Assembly (NCBI GenBank): GCA_014360495.1
Contig: JACIXR010000004.1
Coordinates: 67,983-131,982 of the forward strand
Length of the DNA stretch: 64,000 bases
Reading direction: 5' to 3'
From: a bacterium
Lineage (GTDB): Bacteria > Armatimonadota > JACIXR01
Both the position numbers and the translations under genes were made by a program. Below are positions 61,613 through 64,000 of this stretch, in pieces. Below the pieces are notes generated by a model. The model had not been told where the DNA came from and searched no databases. It saw only the letters and a list, made by a program, of their open reading frames with translations. Numbering within the stretch: the first letter of the stretch is position 1; each line of letters starts with the position of its first letter.

Positions 61613-64000
61613 ATGATTAAAGGAAATAAGGAGGGTTTTTACCTCCTCCTTTTTCTCTTTTTCCCTTTTTTACTCTACTCCGCTCCCATTAAGTTGAGAA
61701 TAGCAAATAAAACTAATGAAACCCTCCATCATAAGATAGTTTCTTACAACATCTCCCTTGCTAGCACTCCCAAGGTGATGGAAAATGGGGTTGAGGTGCC
61801 TGCCCAGTTCAATAAGGAAACTGGACAGCTTTTAATCCTCCTTCCCGGCATAACCAAGCCCAACGAGGAAAGGGAGCTTTTGCTCTATCCGGAGGAGAAA
61901 CCGAGCGGAAAAACGGACCTCGCAGTTGAGGAGGGTAAGGATTACATAAAAATAAGCAATAGCTATTTCTCCGTTGTGCATCCGAAGAGGGGAAGCGGTG
62001 GTTTTCCCACTTTCATTTCCTTTTCGGTCTCGGGAAACAGGGAGCAATTCGTTTTTGAGGACCGCCTTTACGAGAAGAACGAGGGCTACTTCACCCTCAG
62101 AACTGACCCCGAATCCACTGCGAGGATTACCTCCAAAGGACCCTTGGAGGTAGTGGTTGAGGCAAGAGCTCGCTACTATTCTAACGGGCGTTATGCTCGG
62201 GGGAACGCAAGGGCGACCTATATTTATAGATATTTCGCCTATAGCCCATATGTTGAAGTATCAGCCAAGGTGGAGAAGGACGATGACTTTACGTGGAGCG
62301 AGCTCCACTTCCTACAGATTTCTCGCAAGGATAATTCATTTTTCCTCTGGGCAGGAGGAGAGCCCCTTAAACAGGGAAGATTTACGGATTCCCGTAAAGG
62401 GATTGGTTTAGATAGATGGGCTATGATGTTCAATACGGATGACGCCATAGGTCTCTATTCCGAAAAGGGCATCTCCCTTTATGATGGGCTTGATTATTAT
62501 AACTACATTCAAGAGGTTCCCACTTCTTTTGAGGAAAAGGAGAGAAATCTTCACGCCTGGCTGTATCTCGGAGCTCCTCCGAGTAATCTTGAGGAAACGT
62601 TCAAGCCGGTAAAGGAGGTCAAAATGGAAATCAATCCAATTCCGATAGCTTCTCCTACTTATCATTCACCGAAATATAAGATTGAAAACGAGCATATAAG
62701 AATAGATTTAGCTTCTGAAGATGAGGGAATGGGGGTTGTGGGGTTGGTGAATAAATTGAGCGGTCAACCCTTCCTTGCCCTTCCGAGGGAGGTTAAACCC
62801 CTTATTTGGCGATTGATTTTCTCCAAGATGGGCAGCGACAATATAACGATTGATAATACTCAGCCAGCGAAGAGAAGCGTCAAAATAAATAAAGGTGAGA
62901 AGGAGGTTATCTGCGAATTGAGATGGTTGGGAATGGACCTCGGTGAAGAGAAGGGAGTGATTGATGTATCAGTTCAAATAGAGATTCCCATCAAATCCTC
63001 TCTCAGCTTCTGGCGGATTTCCGTTAAAAATAGGAGCAATGTATATGGACTTTGGGAAATTCATTTCCCCCTTCTTTATCCTTTAGGGAAATCTAAGGAG
63101 GTTGATGTCGCTGTTCCTCGCTCTAATTGGGGTTATCTTTATCATCAGCTTGAGGGGAGAGTTTCCGGCTATTATCCATCCTGTGATTGGCCAATGCAGT
63201 TTCTTTCCATAAATATGACAGATAGCGGTCTCTATCTGGCTTGCCATGACCCATCCGCTTGGACTAAGTCCTTCTTCTATAAGCCGGGGGATGAATTCTA
63301 CTTCAATGTGAGGGCGGAGAATATGGGTGTTCCTGGCTCGGGATACGATTCTTTCAATTATGTAATTGGAGCCTTCAAGGGCGATTGGATTAAAGCCTGC
63401 AAGATTTATAGAGATTGGGCTGTGAAGAACGCTCCCTGGACGAGTAAAGGACCTCTTACGAAACGCGAGGATACGCCGAAAATAATAAAAGAGTTGGGGC
63501 TATGGATGTTAGGTGGTGGGACGAAAGACGAGGTAGTTCCAAATATGCTGAGGGCTCAGGAGTTCTTCCAGGTTCCTATTGGCATCCATTGGTATAATTG
63601 GCATCAAATAGGTTTTGATACGGAATATCCCAATTACTTCCCCTACAAGCCGGGCTTCCCCGAGGGAGTGAAGGAGCTCACGAAGAGGGGAATGATAGCG
63701 ATGCCATATATCAATGGCAGGCTTTGGGATTCATCTTTGGATAGCTTCAAGAACGAGGCTATCAGATGGTGCGCCAAGCAGGTGAATGGTCAACCCTATA
63801 TTGAGGTTTATAATCCTCAGGTCAAGCATGCAGTGATGTGCCCCGCGACTAAGTTCTGGCAGGATAAGATAAACTCCATAGTGGAAAGGCTTATAAAGGA
63901 GTGCGGTGTGAACGCTATTTATATTGACCAGATTGGAGCGGCGGGCTCGGTTCTCTGCTTTGATAAATATCATGGGCATCCCCTGGGTGGTGGTGGCTAC
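61613..64000 (+). CDS. Large secreted protein with C-terminal DUF6259-type putative glycoside hydrolase domain (runs off window)
   Basis: Absent from the track because it has no stop. AAAGGAGGT precedes ATG 61613 and a hydrophobic signal; the same frame later gives HWYNWHQIGFDTEYPNYFP...MPYINGRLWD...YIDQI. Confidence 0.8.
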   Translation, partial: MIKGNKEGFYLLLFLFFPFLLYSAPIKLRIANKTNETLHHKIVSYNISLASTPKVMENGVEVPAQFNKETGQLLILLPGITKPNEERELLLYPEEKPSGKTDLAVEEGKDYIKISNSYFSVVHPKRGSGGFPTFISFSVSGNREQFVFEDRLYEKNEGYFTLRTDPESTARITSKGPLEVVVEARARYYSNGRYARGNARATYIYRYFAYSPYVEVSAKVEKDDDFTWSELHFLQISRKDNSFFLWAGGEPLKQGRFTDSRKGIGLDRWAMMFNTDDAIGLYSEKGISLYDGLDYYNYIQEVPTSFEEKERNLHAWLYLGAPPSNLEETFKPVKEVKMEINPIPIASPTYHSPKYKIENEHIRIDLASEDEGMGVVGLVNKLSGQPFLALPREVKPLIWRLIFSKMGSDNITIDNTQPAKRSVKINKGEKEVICELRWLGMDLGEEKGVIDVSVQIEIPIKSSLSFWRISVKNRSNVYGLWEIHFPLLYPLGKSKEVDVAVPRSNWGYLYHQLEGRVSGYYPSCDWPMQFLSINMTDSGLYLACHDPSAWTKSFFYKPGDEFYFNVRAENMGVPGSGYDSFNYVIGAFKGDWIKACKIYRDWAVKNAPWTSKGPLTKREDTPKIIKELGLWMLGGGTKDEVVPNMLRAQEFFQVPIGIHWYNWHQIGFDTEYPNYFPYKPGFPEGVKELTKRGMIAMPYINGRLWDSSLDSFKNEAIRWCAKQVNGQPYIEVYNPQVKHAVMCPATKFWQDKINSIVERLIKECGVNAIYIDQIGAAGSVLCFDKYHGHPLGGGGY

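Noticed and set aside
61761-61787. CTAGCACTC resembling half of a CIRCE element near the chaperonin
   Set aside because: No GAGTGCTAA arm 9 nt later; it lies inside a CDS downstream of the chaperonin.
13451-63979. Numerous 60-190 aa antisense or alternate-frame ORFs in the track
   Set aside because: They overlap well-supported genes and are S/P/F/L-rich shadows of purine-rich coding strands.
1-64000. CRISPR array, tRNA/rRNA, transposase, prophage or defence system
   Set aside because: No regularly spaced repeats, cloverleafs or matching proteins seen.

Overview
This is a 64-kb, gene-dense stretch of bacterial chromosome. I found no tRNA, rRNA, CRISPR array or intact mobile element. Purine-rich coding strands, AGG/AGA/ATA codons and E/K-rich proteins suggest a thermophile. 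Kdo/ADP-heptose genes together with LCP, SpoIID, GerMN, DUF4446 and a group III chaperonin suggest a diderm Terrabacteria-type lineage (inference only). Main blocks in order: (1) a decaying surface-polysaccharide locus (1-9.3 kb) next to a uvrA remnant; (2) nadD-LCP-rsfS-TPR; (3) a complete trpEGDCFBA operon; (4) a sugar-catabolism cluster (GH106, PAP2, epimerase, fucose-type isomerase, UroD/MtaA-like protein); (5) gmhA-hldA-hldC-kdsB-kdsA plus an MFS-HEAT fusion; (6) a GT4/GT9 run downstream of ptsH-ptsI; (7) rfbD-ileS-lspA-lgt-rluD-gatB; (8) amidase-GerMN-murI-rph-DUF4446-group III chaperonin and a large secreted DUF6259-type protein running off the end. The best-supported unannotated element is a 24-aa WQWQW leader peptide with a six-segment, his-style attenuator in front of trpE. 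Other notable points: many probably leaderless genes, CTG/ATA starts, in-frame deletion chimeras in the glycan loci, and a 20-bp promoter core present twice.
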